Shown: positions 1 through 10,474, numbered from the stretch's first letter. The stretch is DNA of 64,000 bases from a virus (IMGVR_UViG_3300021426_000093:2572-66571); one strand, 5' to 3'. Numbers and translations are program-made. The notes: a model not told the origin generated them from the letters alone.

Positions 1-2192
1 ACACTCATAGCACATAAAACAATATTGTTTGTTTTAATTTTTTGTCCTTTTCCACCACGGCCTTGAGATTGAAAAACTTTATTAGCGATTATTTTTCCAC
101 AACCGCCTTCTTCAAAAATAAAAATTGGATCTTCTTCATTACAAAGAATTGCACTAGCTACATAATCAGAGTCATTTAAAGTAATACCTTTAACACCACC
201 AGCTATCTTACCTTGTGCATTAATATCATCTGCTGCAAATCTAATACTATAACCATTCTCAGTGACAAGAATAATATTATCTGTATCATATCCAAGAGAA
301 ACAGATCGTAGCTCATCATCATCTTTAATACTCACAGCTTTGATGCCACGAAGATTTTGAGTATTACTAATATACTCTTTTACTTTAGTCTTTTTAATAA
401 TACCATTTTTAGTTGTGAATAGAATAAAATCGTGCGGCGTAGTATTAGGAACAATATTTAAAACGTATTCATTTGGTTCAAGTTGAACAATAGAACCTAC
501 AGCAGTTCCCTTATCGCTTGTGCCGCAAGTCTTAATGGTATTTAGTTTAATGCGGAACATACGCCCAGCATTAGTAAACAACATAACAATGTCAGCGGTT
601 GTAGTTTTAAATAGATTTATGACTGGTTCTTTATTGCGGCGATATGATTTAACTGGAATAGATTTAATATATCCATCTTTATTCATATAAACAACTACAT
701 CTTCAGGTATAGCTGCAATTTTTTCTTTTGCTGTTTTAGTAGTTTTTGCTGCAGCTCGTTCCGCGATAATTGTCCTACGTTCATCACCAAATTTTTTACT
801 TACCTCTTGGAATCGTTTAATCATTTGTTCTTTAAGTAATTCTTCTGATTTAAGAATTGCTTTAATAACAGAAATACGTTCCAGCAATTTAATTTTTTCT
901 TCAACAAATTTATCAACTTCAAGCTTGGCTAATCGAGATAGTTTCATATCAAGAATAGCTTTAGCCTGCTCTTCATCTATAATAAGTAACTTTTGTAAAT
1001 TAATATTAGCTTCTTTGGTGCTAGGAGATTGTTTAATAATTTTAATAACTTCATCAATCTGTGCAATTGCTTTAATAATTCCTTCAACAATTTTTAAACG
1101 ATGCTCTAATTTATTAAGTTCTTGTTGATATAGATTAATATAAACTATTTTTTCATGGTCAAGATGAGCTTGTAAAGCTTGCCGCCACCCATAAATTTTC
1201 GGGAAACGACCATTTTCAAGCATCGTCATATTAATGCTATATGATTTTTGAAGTGATGTATTAGCATATAATATTTGTTTAATTTTTTCTTGGTCTACAG
1301 TTTTATCAAGATAAATTTTAATACAAACATCTTCACCAGTTAAATCATTAATACCCGTAATTCCAATATCAGGATTTTCAGACACTAATTTAGCTACCTC
1401 GCCGCAAATAGTATTAGTATATACACCATATGGTAAATCAGTGACAATTAGAGTTCTTTCTTTATCATCATAATTAATTGTTGCTTGTAATATACAAGCT
1501 TTACCTTTACCTTGTTTAAGACTTGTAGCAACTTCTGCTTTATTAATTAAAGTTGCGCCAGTTGCAAAATCAGGATAACAAAGAATGTCGTCATCAGATA
1601 TATTTTCATCTTGAAGAAGTTTAATTAAAGCATTATTTACTTCACCAAGATTAAATTGTGGAATACTTGATGCAAGACCAACTGCAATGCCAGTTGATCC
1701 ATTCACAATATTATAATATCCAAGAGAAGAAAGAACTCGTGGATATTGTTCTGTATCATCATAATTATCTATCCATTCATCAATAGTATATTTATTAGTA
1801 TCTTGCAATAAATAATTTGATATTGGAGACAGCCTTGATGATGTGTAACGACTTGCGGCCCAGTTACCTGTTTCAGTAAGCGTACCATACGAACCTTCGA
1901 CTTCAATTAGAGGATAACGCATGGCAAATGGCTGGCCTGAACGCATAATAATACCTTCACAAGATGCATCACCGTGAATATAAAAACGCATTGCAGAACC
2001 AATTGCTTTAAGAGTTTTCTTGAAAGGCTTATCAGACGTGAATTTATCTGTAAAAAGACTATAATATACTTGTCTTGCAGATGGCTTAATACAATCTCGC
2101 ACATCTACGAGCGCACGAGACTGAATAACTGCGCCTGCGTACTGAGTAAAAGATTCTTTAATTACATCTTCTAATTCTAATACTTCATTCAT
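1..2192 (-). CDS. gyrA: DNA gyrase / type II topoisomerase subunit A (3' end runs off the window)
   Basis: Read manually from ATG 2192 (SD GGAGA): MNEVLELEDVIKESFTQYAGAVIQSRALVDVRDCIKPSARQ...YIHGDASC...MRYPLIEVEGSYG...AASRYT (catalytic Tyr context). C-terminal beta-pinwheel-like repeats (QGKIAGGVKGI, QGRGGKG). About 730 codons, no in-frame stop seen, Trp as TGG. Confidence 0.93.
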   Translation of the reverse strand, partial: MNEVLELEDVIKESFTQYAGAVIQSRALVDVRDCIKPSARQVYYSLFTDKFTSDKPFKKTLKAIGSAMRFYIHGDASCEGIIMRSGQPFAMRYPLIEVEGSYGTLTETGNWAASRYTSSRLSPISNYLLQDTNKYTIDEWIDNYDDTEQYPRVLSSLGYYNIVNGSTGIAVGLASSIPQFNLGEVNNALIKLLQDENISDDDILCYPDFATGATLINKAEVATSLKQGKGKACILQATINYDDKERTLIVTDLPYGVYTNTICGEVAKLVSENPDIGITGINDLTGEDVCIKIYLDKTVDQEKIKQILYANTSLQKSYSINMTMLENGRFPKIYGWRQALQAHLDHEKIVYINLYQQELNKLEHRLKIVEGIIKAIAQIDEVIKIIKQSPSTKEANINLQKLLIIDEEQAKAILDMKLSRLAKLEVDKFVEEKIKLLERISVIKAILKSEELLKEQMIKRFQEVSKKFGDERRTIIAERAAAKTTKTAKEKIAAIPEDVVVYMNKDGYIKSIPVKSYRRNKEPVINLFKTTTADIVMLFTNAGRMFRIKLNTIKTCGTSDKGTAVGSIVQLEPNEYVLNIVPNTTPHDFILFTTKNGIIKKTKVKEYISNTQNLRGIKAVSIKDDDELRSVSLGYDTDNIILVTENGYSIRFAADDINAQGKIAGGVKGITLNDSDYVASAILCNEEDPIFIFEEGGCGKIIANKVFQSQGRGGKGQKIKTNNIVLCAMS

Positions 2193-2200
2193 TTTTTCTC

Positions 2201-4060
2201 CTACTCACGCACAGTTGAAAAATCAATTTCATTAAATACAAACTCTTTGCGGGCAATACCCGAGCTTCCCATTAATGCTTTAAGTAAATTAATTGCATCT
2301 TCTGTTGGGTTAAGAATATCCATTTTTTGATTTTTACCGAACATAGAAGCTTTAGCTTGATCCGCGGAAAGGCTCCCTAGACCTTTATTGCGCTGTACTT
2401 CACCGGTTATTTTACCACGAACAGCATCCATTTCTTCATCTGTAAAAAAGTATTGTTCACCTTGTTTAGTTTTAACAATGTATAATGGTGAACGTAACCA
2501 ACATAGACGTTGTTCTTCAATAAATTCTGGGCAAAAATGCTGTAGAGCAGTTGCAATTAAAAGACCAATATGATAACCATCACTATCAGAGTCTGTACAA
2601 ATTGCGACGCGTCCATACCGCAAATCAGATGGATCATATGCACCAGGTGTAATATTTAATGCTTTAAGAAGCAATTGAATTTCTTCATTCTTCTCTAATT
2701 TCTCTTTACTGTTGGAAAAAGCATTGATTAATTTACCACGTAACATTAGAATACCATATTTTTGTCTATCACGAGCAACAGCCATTGATGCGCCTGCGGA
2801 TAATCCTTCTACAAGAAGAAGTGTACTATCTTCACCAAGATATTCTGCATCTTTTAGTTTATCTGGATGAAGAATCTTAACTTTATTAGATGATTTTTTA
2901 GTTTTATTGGCTTTAACTGCAGCATGCGCTTTTTTAGCAGCTTCTGCAGCTTTACGTGCAATTAATGCTTTTTCAATAATATTTTTTCCATCACTAACAT
3001 TGTTATCGAGCCAAATTTCCAACTGTTCACTAAGAATTGAAGATATAAAAGCAGTATCAATCTTAGTAATATTGCTTTTAACCTGTGCGTCATAGGCAAC
3101 ATTTTCAGCGGTAATATTACAAACGAGAACAAGTCCTTCTTGCAATGCTGCGCCTTCAAGATTCTTATCCTTTTCTTTCAATATACCTTGTTCTTTTGCC
3201 CATTTATTTAAAGTACGAGTAATACATGATTTAATGCTTGTAATATGCGGTCCGGCAGTAGTTAAACCGCAATTAACATAAGGAACAATCGTTGAAGATG
3301 ATTTATCGCAATAAGTTAAAGCTAAGTCTAATTTTTGTTTATCTCTTTGCTCTTGGATTATAAAAATATTATTTAATATTGAGATACTTTTTCCAAGAGA
3401 ACGAGATAATAAATCTTGGATTCCATTATGATTAATTTCATCACCATTAAAAATAATGGTTAGTCCTGGACAAAGACAAGTAATATCTTCACAGAAATTG
3501 CGGAGTTTTGTCTCATTTACTCTTGGATTAGTAAAAAACTCTTCGCTAGGGGTAAAGACTACTGTAGTTCCACTATCATGAGCATCTACTTTGCCAGTAT
3601 TACGACCAACAAGTATTCCTTCTTCAAAAACAATTTCTTCGTATTCTCCTTTATTATTAAAAGAAGTTACTTGAAGTTTATGACTAAGAAAATTTGTTAG
3701 TTTTGCACCTATACCATTAAGTCCGATAGCCGTACCTTCGTACACACCATCATCTCTATATTTTCCTGATGTATTAATAACATCAAAAGATGCTTGGAGA
3801 ACTGTTTCTCCATCTTCTCGCATTATATTAATAGGAAAACCTTGTCCTGCATCTGTAATAGCTACAGCGCCATCATCCATTAATGTTACAATAATTAGAT
3901 TACCATGACCAATATTATATTCATCAATGGCATTACCAAGAATTTCTATTGCTAATTGCGTCGCATCACTTGTATCTCCGCAATACATACCAGGACGTAA
4001 ACGCACATGCTCTAAAGGAGATAATGATTCAATACTATCTTCTTTATATAAATTATTCAA
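2201..4060 (-). CDS. gyrB: DNA gyrase / type II topoisomerase subunit B
   Basis: GHKL ATPase motifs (EILGNAIDE, DAGQGFP, GLNGIGAK) and TOPRIM motifs (LVEGLSAG, LRGKLIN, DSDSDG); adjacent to subunit A. Confidence 0.95.
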   Translation of the reverse strand: MNNLYKEDSIESLSPLEHVRLRPGMYCGDTSDATQLAIEILGNAIDEYNIGHGNLIIVTLMDDGAVAITDAGQGFPINIMREDGETVLQASFDVINTSGKYRDDGVYEGTAIGLNGIGAKLTNFLSHKLQVTSFNNKGEYEEIVFEEGILVGRNTGKVDAHDSGTTVVFTPSEEFFTNPRVNETKLRNFCEDITCLCPGLTIIFNGDEINHNGIQDLLSRSLGKSISILNNIFIIQEQRDKQKLDLALTYCDKSSSTIVPYVNCGLTTAGPHITSIKSCITRTLNKWAKEQGILKEKDKNLEGAALQEGLVLVCNITAENVAYDAQVKSNITKIDTAFISSILSEQLEIWLDNNVSDGKNIIEKALIARKAAEAAKKAHAAVKANKTKKSSNKVKILHPDKLKDAEYLGEDSTLLLVEGLSAGASMAVARDRQKYGILMLRGKLINAFSNSKEKLEKNEEIQLLLKALNITPGAYDPSDLRYGRVAICTDSDSDGYHIGLLIATALQHFCPEFIEEQRLCWLRSPLYIVKTKQGEQYFFTDEEMDAVRGKITGEVQRNKGLGSLSADQAKASMFGKNQKMDILNPTEDAINLLKALMGSSGIARKEFVFNEIDFSTVRE

Positions 4061-4062
4061 CC

Positions 4063-4266
4063 TTACCTCCCATCATCTTCATATCTAAATTCATAGTTAT
4101 TAAGTATATCAGCATATTGTTTAACCAATGCGGCTATATCAAGTATATTCATTTTAATTGCGCACCAAGCTTCTTCTTCAGTATTATCATCTTGAGCGCT
4201 ATAAATCATAGATTGTATATCGTCTAAAGTATAATATTTATATTTACCAATTTGTCCACTAGGCAT
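4063..4266 (-). CDS. hypothetical protein (67 aa)
   Basis: ORF with SD GAAAGGA, directly downstream of a consensus promoter. Confidence 0.7.
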   Translation of the reverse strand: MPSGQIGKYKYYTLDDIQSMIYSAQDDNTEEEAWCAIKMNILDIAALVKQYADILNNYEFRYEDDGR

Positions 4267-4288
4267 AATTATCCTTTCTATTTATATA

Positions 4289-4337
4289 ATTATACCATAT
4301 AAAAATAGCAGATGTCAAGAAAATCTCAACATCTGCT
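4289..4337 (-). promoter_or_regulatory. sigma70/sigmaA-type promoter with its -35 inside an inverted repeat
   Basis: Minus strand TTGACA-18 nt-TATAAT with extended TG. AGCAGATGT...ACATCTGCT inverted repeat overlaps the -35. Confidence 0.75.
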
Positions 4338-4344
4338 TAAACAC

Positions 4345-4830
4345 TTAATCCTGCAGTTCGGCCGCACGTTTCTCTTCAAGTTTCTTATTTAGTTGTTTAC
4401 GACGTTCGATCATGCGGGATGTGTAATCTTGGAATGAGTCTTTCATATATTTATATTGAGCATAAGCTTTCTCATACTCTTTTTGAGCTAATTCATATTG
4501 ATAATAAATATCACCTAATACAATGCCAAGTTCATATTGTTTGGTTGCTTTATATTTACTATGAAGCGTTTTATGAACATTGAGAATACCACGGGCACGT
4601 TCTTTTAATACTTTAGCTTTAGTATGAGCAATTTCAATATCGCATTTACGTTCAGCAAAACGATAACCATCCCAATCATTAATATTAGAATAATCTTGTG
4701 GACATGGTTTAACAGAACAAGTAAAAACTCCATATTTACTTGACTTTGTTACATAATAGACAGGAATTCTAATTCCATTTATAATAATTTTATCTTTTCA
4801 AGAGTCTAGGATTTTACTATGTTTACTCAT
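4345..4830 (-). CDS. hypothetical protein (161 aa) with in-frame TGA at codon 11
   Basis: ATG at 4830 overlaps the end of the upstream gene: MSKHSKILDS(TGA)KDKIIINGIRIPVYYV...ELQD-TAA. Missing from the ORF track; there is no alternative start after the TGA. Confidence 0.75.
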
Positions 4831-5020
4831 AATATTTCACTTTCTCCGCTTCATGACCATATTCTTTAATTATGAAAGGTATCTTGCGGTTATATTGAGG
4901 GTATATTTTTTTAGCTATATCACAAGCTAAAGTTATTGCTTCTTTTGGATTATTTGCATTAAAATCACCATAGGTAATTGTTTTTCCATTTTCAGATTGA
5001 GATACATGATATTTAGTCAT
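4823..5020 (-). CDS. hypothetical protein (65 aa)
   Basis: ORF with SD GGAAGGA, downstream of a divergent promoter. Confidence 0.65.
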   Translation of the reverse strand: MTKYHVSQSENGKTITYGDFNANNPKEAITLACDIAKKIYPQYNRKIPFIIKEYGHEAEKVKYYE

Positions 5021-5052
5021 ATAATTCCTTCCATATCAACTATTCTTTAAAA

Positions 5053-5145
5053 TAAGTATAACATTTAATTTAACAATTGTCAAATAATTTTTTTTACTTG
5101 TTTTTAAATTTTATTTGACAATTATATATAATTAATGTTATATTA
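5053..5145. promoter_or_regulatory. divergent sigmaA-type promoter pair
   Basis: Inverted repeat AATTGTCAAATAA...TTATTTGACAATT gives TTGACA on both strands, each followed by a TATACT/TATATT-like -10. Transcription direction switches here. Confidence 0.7.
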
Positions 5146-5170
5146 TAATAAATAAAAGAAAGGGATTATT

Positions 5171-5428
5171 ATGTCTGCATGGTTAATATATGGAAAAGTT
5201 ATTAAAGAGATGCCTTTTCCAGATGGAAATGGTGGAAAGAAAATTGTAGAACCGCAAACAACTTTTCGTGCTCTTAATTATCGAGGACAAAGAGTATCTA
5301 GATTAGCTGATGCGGGAGAGTATTATGAAAAAGAAATGGCTCAAAAAATTATAGATAAAGCTCAAACATATTGGGATAAACTAGGTTATGGTGATTGTAT
5401 TGCTTATGAAATTAGAAAGAGTAAATAA
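5171..5428 (+). CDS. hypothetical protein
   Basis: ORF with SD, downstream of a promoter. Confidence 0.7.
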   Translation: MSAWLIYGKVIKEMPFPDGNGGKKIVEPQTTFRALNYRGQRVSRLADAGEYYEKEMAQKIIDKAQTYWDKLGYGDCIAYEIRKSK

Positions 5429-5691
5429 TGTCGTATAGATTAGAATACATAGGGCCAACACAAACTTTTAAAGCTGCAGCACTAGACCCCAGAGATTTAA
5501 ATTTAATTGATATTTCTGTTGAGAACGGTAAACAATATATTGTTGAAATGCAACAAGATGGTCCAGTAACAATTTTTAATGGAGATGTAATGATTGATCC
5601 TAATACAACAATGTGGATTATTTTTCCTTCACTTGGTGGTCGAATTCCTTATTCACCAGAAGCTATATTAAAACAATGGAGAATAGTCTAA
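5428..5691 (+). CDS. hypothetical protein
   Basis: TAATG translational coupling to the previous gene. Confidence 0.7.
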   Translation: MSYRLEYIGPTQTFKAAALDPRDLNLIDISVENGKQYIVEMQQDGPVTIFNGDVMIDPNTTMWIIFPSLGGRIPYSPEAILKQWRIV

Positions 5692-5993
5692 TAAAAGACA
5701 ATAATTATTTTTATATTACTTTAAATTGTTGGAATTGTGATCACCCGACATGTCGTTTAGGGCATATCGTTCATGAAAATGATAAAGACGGTTGTGTGCG
5801 GCAAGTTGATGAAGATTTATTTATTGAACATTATCATCAATTGAAAGAAGTTTGGCCTTTTGTTTTAAAATCAAAAAATAAAGAAAAAATTGATGAAGAA
5901 TATGAAAAAACAATGCAGATATTAGATAAAGTATATAGTAGTCCATGTATTAAACAATATGGTAAAGGATTTAAAGCTATAGTTGGAGTATAA
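5676..5993 (+). CDS. hypothetical protein with CxxC-like motif
   Basis: Likely start MENSLIK; contains CWNCDHPTC. Confidence 0.55.
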   Translation: MENSLIKDNNYFYITLNCWNCDHPTCRLGHIVHENDKDGCVRQVDEDLFIEHYHQLKEVWPFVLKSKNKEKIDEEYEKTMQILDKVYSSPCIKQYGKGFKAIVGV

Positions 5994-5994
5994 A

Positions 5995-6807
5995 ATGATT
6001 GTCTGTACAGGTGATGTTCATGGAAAAGTTATTGAACGTTTTTCTTTTAAGCGTAATCCTAAGTTGCGACAATTGCAATCAGGGGATATTGTTTTTCAAT
6101 TAGGTGATTTTGGTCAACCCTTTGGACCTACTACCTATAAAGAAGCTGAATACGTTTTTAATTTTCTCAATGAAAAACCTTGGACAACTATTGTTATTGG
6201 TGGAAATCATGATGACTATGATTATTGGCAGTCATGTCCTCAAGTAGAATTATTTGGTGGAAAAGCTCGTCAAGCTACTTTTCATGGAAAGAATTTTTCT
6301 GTATTCTTTGTTGATGAAATAACAATTTTAAATATTAATAATTATAATATTCTTTGTATCCCATGTGCAGAATCTCATGATGTAAATATTTTATTAAATC
6401 CTAATGAAATTGGGTTTAAGCGTAAACAGGCTATTTTACGAAAACAGCATCAGTGGTTTAGAGTTGTTGGTCGTTCATGGTGGCCGCAAGAAAAAATGGA
6501 TGTTCAAAAGAATGCAGAGTTTATGGAACATCATATGAACGGACATTTTGATTTTATTCTAACGCATGATGCTCCCGCATTAATAAACTCATGGTTTAAA
6601 AGACCAGAAAACCCTGCAAGAATAGTTTCTACTGCAGGACAGCTATTTTTAGAAGAGTTGCGGAAAAATCTTGATTTTGATGTGTGGTTTCATGGTCATT
6701 TTCATTTTACAGGCTCTTGGAATAAAATATACGATGAAAGACTTTGCGGAGTATATTTTGAAATTATTCAACTTATTGATGAGAATTCCTTGACAATTGT
6801 ACGATAA
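5995..6807 (+). CDS. calcineurin-like metallophosphoesterase
   Basis: Motifs GDVHG, LGDFG, GNHD, THDAP, HGHFH. Confidence 0.88.
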   Translation: MIVCTGDVHGKVIERFSFKRNPKLRQLQSGDIVFQLGDFGQPFGPTTYKEAEYVFNFLNEKPWTTIVIGGNHDDYDYWQSCPQVELFGGKARQATFHGKNFSVFFVDEITILNINNYNILCIPCAESHDVNILLNPNEIGFKRKQAILRKQHQWFRVVGRSWWPQEKMDVQKNAEFMEHHMNGHFDFILTHDAPALINSWFKRPENPARIVSTAGQLFLEELRKNLDFDVWFHGHFHFTGSWNKIYDERLCGVYFEIIQLIDENSLTIVR

Positions 6808-6845
6808 ATATAGTATAATATAATTAAAGAGGAAGGAGAGTTGAT

Positions 6846-7043
6846 ATGTTGGATGGCGTCTTTAGTTATTGCTCTTGGCTTGAGAATGATATAGCAAGTA
6901 ATATTATTGATTTTGTTGATAGGCATAAATATACTTATATTCCGCGATGGAAAGTTGATAATTTCCTTGATGAATATAATATTAATTATAATGAACTTCC
7001 ACAATATTTAAAAGATAAACTTGATGAAATTGATGTGTACTGA
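6846..7043 (+). CDS. hypothetical protein (65 aa), ends in TGA
   Basis: SD GGAAGGAG. The TGA overlaps the SD (GAGGAG) of the next gene, which suggests a genuine TGA stop. Confidence 0.65.
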   Translation: MLDGVFSYCSWLENDIASNIIDFVDRHKYTYIPRWKVDNFLDEYNINYNELPQYLKDKLDEIDVY

Positions 7044-7054
7044 GGAGCCATTGC

Positions 7055-8515
7055 ATGCAACCTTTTGATTGTTTGACAGAGAACGATAAAGAAATTGTGC
7101 GGCAATGGTGCATTAATTATGCGAATGTAGAACCGCAAAGTATAGAAAAAGTTTTAGCGACTTGGAATAAAAATAAACGAACTTTATTTAGAGCTTTTGG
7201 AAAGAAGCTTCAAATTAGTTTTCCTGTTCATCAAAAAGTAAATTCAAGTTATCGTCATAATAAATGGAGAAATTTATATTCTCCATTTATTATTTATGAT
7301 AAAAATGATTTACAACATTTTAAATATGACCCACGCAATCATATTTTTATAAATAATTTAGTTCAGTGGTTACGAGATACTTGGATAGATGATTTACCAA
7401 TTTCAATATTACAAGCAATTCTTGAATATACAAAATATTGTTATATTGAAAATGGCAAGACGTCTAATGATAAACTTTTTGCTGGTGGTCTTAATGGAAA
7501 AATTTTAAAAATTCCTGCGGGAACTAAAATTATGCGTGCTATTCGTAAAGTCCTTGAGTATTATTCTTTTCCTTATATGGACTCATTTAATAAATGGCGT
7601 GATGATATTAGTGTAATTAATACTGATAAAGAAATTGATGCAGAATTAGTATTAAGTATTAATCCTGTAGATTTTATTACAATGAGTGACAATAAGAGCG
7701 GTTGGACTTCTTGTATGTCATGGATTGATGATGGTGGTTATTCAACTGGTACTATTGAAATGTTAAATAGTAATGTTGCTGTAGTAGCTTATTTACGGAA
7801 TCCGCAGTCTTTTAATTACAATGATCTTGATATTCCAAATAAATCATGGCGTACTTTAGTGTTTATTCATAAAGATATACTTTTAGTTGGAAAACATTAT
7901 CCTTATCAGAGTGAGGTTTTAGCAAAGATAGTTCTTGATAAAATCCAAGAGATTGTAAAAACAAATCTTGGATGGAAGTATTCTTATCAAAATCAACTTT
8001 ATCGTGATATGGAAAGAAGTTATAATAATAATTTTATTCGAGATCCTAGCTGTTTTCATCGAATGAATGATGGTCATAAAATATATGTTTATACTAATGT
8101 AATGTATCACGATATTATTGAAGATCATGGTACTGAATATTGGTGTTGTCGAAATAGGGTAGAAAAAAATTTATATTTAAATTTATCTGGACCAGCTACG
8201 TGTATGTGTTGTGGGATGCCTATAGATTTAAATAAAACAAATAATATTTCAACATCTAAAAAGTATTGTAGTAATTGTGAAGAAAAATATCAATGTGCGG
8301 GATGTAAATTTGTAAGTGTCTCACATATTAAAACAAAAATTCCTTTTATAGAAAAAACATATTGGGGTAAAGTTCAACATTATGGTAATCCTGATTGTAT
8401 TATTTCTAATTATCTTTGGGATGCTGAAAATACATGCTGTATATCTAGAGATAAGGTATATGAAATAGATAAAAATAGGTATAAGCCATTAACAAGAGAA
8501 AGGTTATGTTGTTAA
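7055..8515 (+). CDS. hypothetical phage protein (486 aa) with Cys-rich C-terminus
   Basis: Long ORF, all Trp as TGG, several CxxC pairs near the C-terminus. Confidence 0.8.
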   Translation: MQPFDCLTENDKEIVRQWCINYANVEPQSIEKVLATWNKNKRTLFRAFGKKLQISFPVHQKVNSSYRHNKWRNLYSPFIIYDKNDLQHFKYDPRNHIFINNLVQWLRDTWIDDLPISILQAILEYTKYCYIENGKTSNDKLFAGGLNGKILKIPAGTKIMRAIRKVLEYYSFPYMDSFNKWRDDISVINTDKEIDAELVLSINPVDFITMSDNKSGWTSCMSWIDDGGYSTGTIEMLNSNVAVVAYLRNPQSFNYNDLDIPNKSWRTLVFIHKDILLVGKHYPYQSEVLAKIVLDKIQEIVKTNLGWKYSYQNQLYRDMERSYNNNFIRDPSCFHRMNDGHKIYVYTNVMYHDIIEDHGTEYWCCRNRVEKNLYLNLSGPATCMCCGMPIDLNKTNNISTSKKYCSNCEEKYQCAGCKFVSVSHIKTKIPFIEKTYWGKVQHYGNPDCIISNYLWDAENTCCISRDKVYEIDKNRYKPLTRERLCC

Positions 8516-9402
8516 TGAAATTTGCTGCTCCTTATCAGTTAGAATTTGATTGTCCTATTAATTATGAAGATATAGACGAATTTAATATTTATTTTACAAA
8601 ATATAGCTCTTTTGAAGAATTAAAGAAATTTGTAGAAAAATATCCTTCACATCAAATTAACGTCTCTTTTACAGACGATGATTATGATATTGAAAAAATT
8701 GCTGAATTGTGTGATGAATTTAAGAATATTTTTATTCGTCTTTCTTTGCGTGATTTTAAATATTTATATTTTTTTGATGATAATAATATTAATTATATTT
8801 TTGATTATACCATTCCGATATATAATTATTCTTTATTAGAATGGGCATTGAGCCATAAGGTTAAAGGGATTTATATTAGTGATGATTTAACTTACAATCT
8901 TCAGGAAGTATATAATCAATGTTTTAAAAATGGAATAAAACTAAGAGTACTTTTAAATAGAGTTCCGGTAACAAATTTCCTTTCATTAACTTGTCCAACA
9001 GTACAGGTATATCAGCCACAAAATTATAATTTTTTGAGTCAATATTATGATGTAGGTGAGTTTTTTTATGAGGATAATTATGATTGGGGTAAAGTTAAAA
9101 TTTTATATCAGAAATGGTTTATAGAGCATGATTGGGATGATGATTTAGAGCTTATAAATTCTAATTTAGTGTTACCATATCCTACAAAGTCTATCCCTCC
9201 AGAATTAACAAGATTACGTTCAGTCTGTCAGCATCGTTGTACAATGCGGTCTGAAAATACTTGTTCTAAATGTAAAAGGCTTCTTTTAAAGGGATATCAG
9301 AATGCAGATAATAATATAGCATATAAAGATATTGAATATGGACTTCCATCATTAAAGGAAATGGTTGATTCAATTATTATATCAAGAGATAATAAAAATT
9401 AA
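8506..9402 (+). CDS. hypothetical protein (298 aa)
   Basis: Long ORF overlapping the previous stop; C-terminal Cys cluster (CQHRC...CSKC). Confidence 0.75.
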   Translation: MLLMKFAAPYQLEFDCPINYEDIDEFNIYFTKYSSFEELKKFVEKYPSHQINVSFTDDDYDIEKIAELCDEFKNIFIRLSLRDFKYLYFFDDNNINYIFDYTIPIYNYSLLEWALSHKVKGIYISDDLTYNLQEVYNQCFKNGIKLRVLLNRVPVTNFLSLTCPTVQVYQPQNYNFLSQYYDVGEFFYEDNYDWGKVKILYQKWFIEHDWDDDLELINSNLVLPYPTKSIPPELTRLRSVCQHRCTMRSENTCSKCKRLLLKGYQNADNNIAYKDIEYGLPSLKEMVDSIIISRDNKN

Positions 9403-9470
9403 TAATTAAAAATTAAATATATTGTAAATTGTTTTAATTTTATAATTTTAAGAGTAAAGGAGATATATTT

Positions 9471-9902
9471 ATGGTTAAAGATTCTTATAGTACTTATTGT
9501 TATATCGAAAACAAAGATGGACAATATCATATTGAGTGCGATATGAATTATGGAGATAAAAAAATTTATTCAGATTATAATGGAGATAACTTCATTGATG
9601 GTTTAAATAGCATTATAGATGATATAACAGCTCAAGTAAGTGAGCCAGAAGAATCTCCTGAAGATAAAATTGCTCGTCTTGAAAATTCAATAGCTAAATT
9701 GCAAGCAGAGAATAATTATCTTAATGAATATATAAAAAATTTGAAGGATAATAAACACGAAGAAAATTGTGAAAAAGATGCTTCACATGAGCATAAAAAA
9801 GATAATCAAGATTATAAAATTGATGAAACAATAGAACATCTTGTTAATGAAATTGTTAATAAGAAAAGTTATAAATCATGGATTGATTCTATGATGTTAT
9901 AG
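9471..9902 (+). CDS. hypothetical protein with coiled coil
   Basis: SD AAGGAG; heptad-like segment KIARLENSIAKLQAENNYL. Confidence 0.75.
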   Translation: MVKDSYSTYCYIENKDGQYHIECDMNYGDKKIYSDYNGDNFIDGLNSIIDDITAQVSEPEESPEDKIARLENSIAKLQAENNYLNEYIKNLKDNKHEENCEKDASHEHKKDNQDYKIDETIEHLVNEIVNKKSYKSWIDSMML

Positions 9903-9923
9903 TTTGTTTTTTAAGGAATAAAT

Positions 9924-10142
9924 ATGGATTTTGTATATTATGTTGTTCGTAAAAAGGACATGGTTATTCTTGATGGTGCTAGAGATATGGTTAATGCAGT
10001 TAACATAGGGCAGCAACAAAATTGTGCTTGTTTAATTCTGCAAGCATGTGTAATTACTGAGGTAGGCCAGGATCTTCCTTTAGAAGAACCGCAAGAATCC
10101 ATTGATCCTGAAATTGAAGTTATTGAAACTGAAAATGAATAA
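9924..10142 (+). CDS. hypothetical protein (72 aa)
   Basis: SD AAGGA; acidic tail. Confidence 0.65.
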   Translation: MDFVYYVVRKKDMVILDGARDMVNAVNIGQQQNCACLILQACVITEVGQDLPLEEPQESIDPEIEVIETENE

Positions 10143-10165
10143 TTAAGAGTAAGGAGATAATTTTA

Positions 10166-10474
10166 ATGCAGACGCTTTCAAGTAAATTAGGTTCACGAAA
10201 ATTTTGAATGGCAATAGCTGCGTTTTTAGCTTCTATTGGAACTTCTATTGGAGCTTTTGCCACAGATAATCCAACTGTAGCTATAGCAGGGGCTGCATGT
10301 GCGGCATTAAGTGCAGCAATCTATGCGGCAGCAGAAGCTTACGTAGATGGCAAACGTTATGAGAGTAATGCAACATCAACAGTAACGACAACAACGAAAA
10401 CAATTGGTGCTGCTAGTTCAAATGCTAAAGAAACAGTTGAAAAATTATTAGTTGATACTCCTTCTGATATTTAA
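10166..10474 (+). CDS. putative holin (102 aa; TGA=Trp at codon 14)
   Basis: SD AAGGAG precedes ATG 10166: MQTLSSKLGSRKF(TGA)MAIAAFLASIG...AIAGAACAALSAAIYAAAEAYVD. The SRKFW motif plus two hydrophobic helices is typical of phage holins. Confidence 0.75.
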
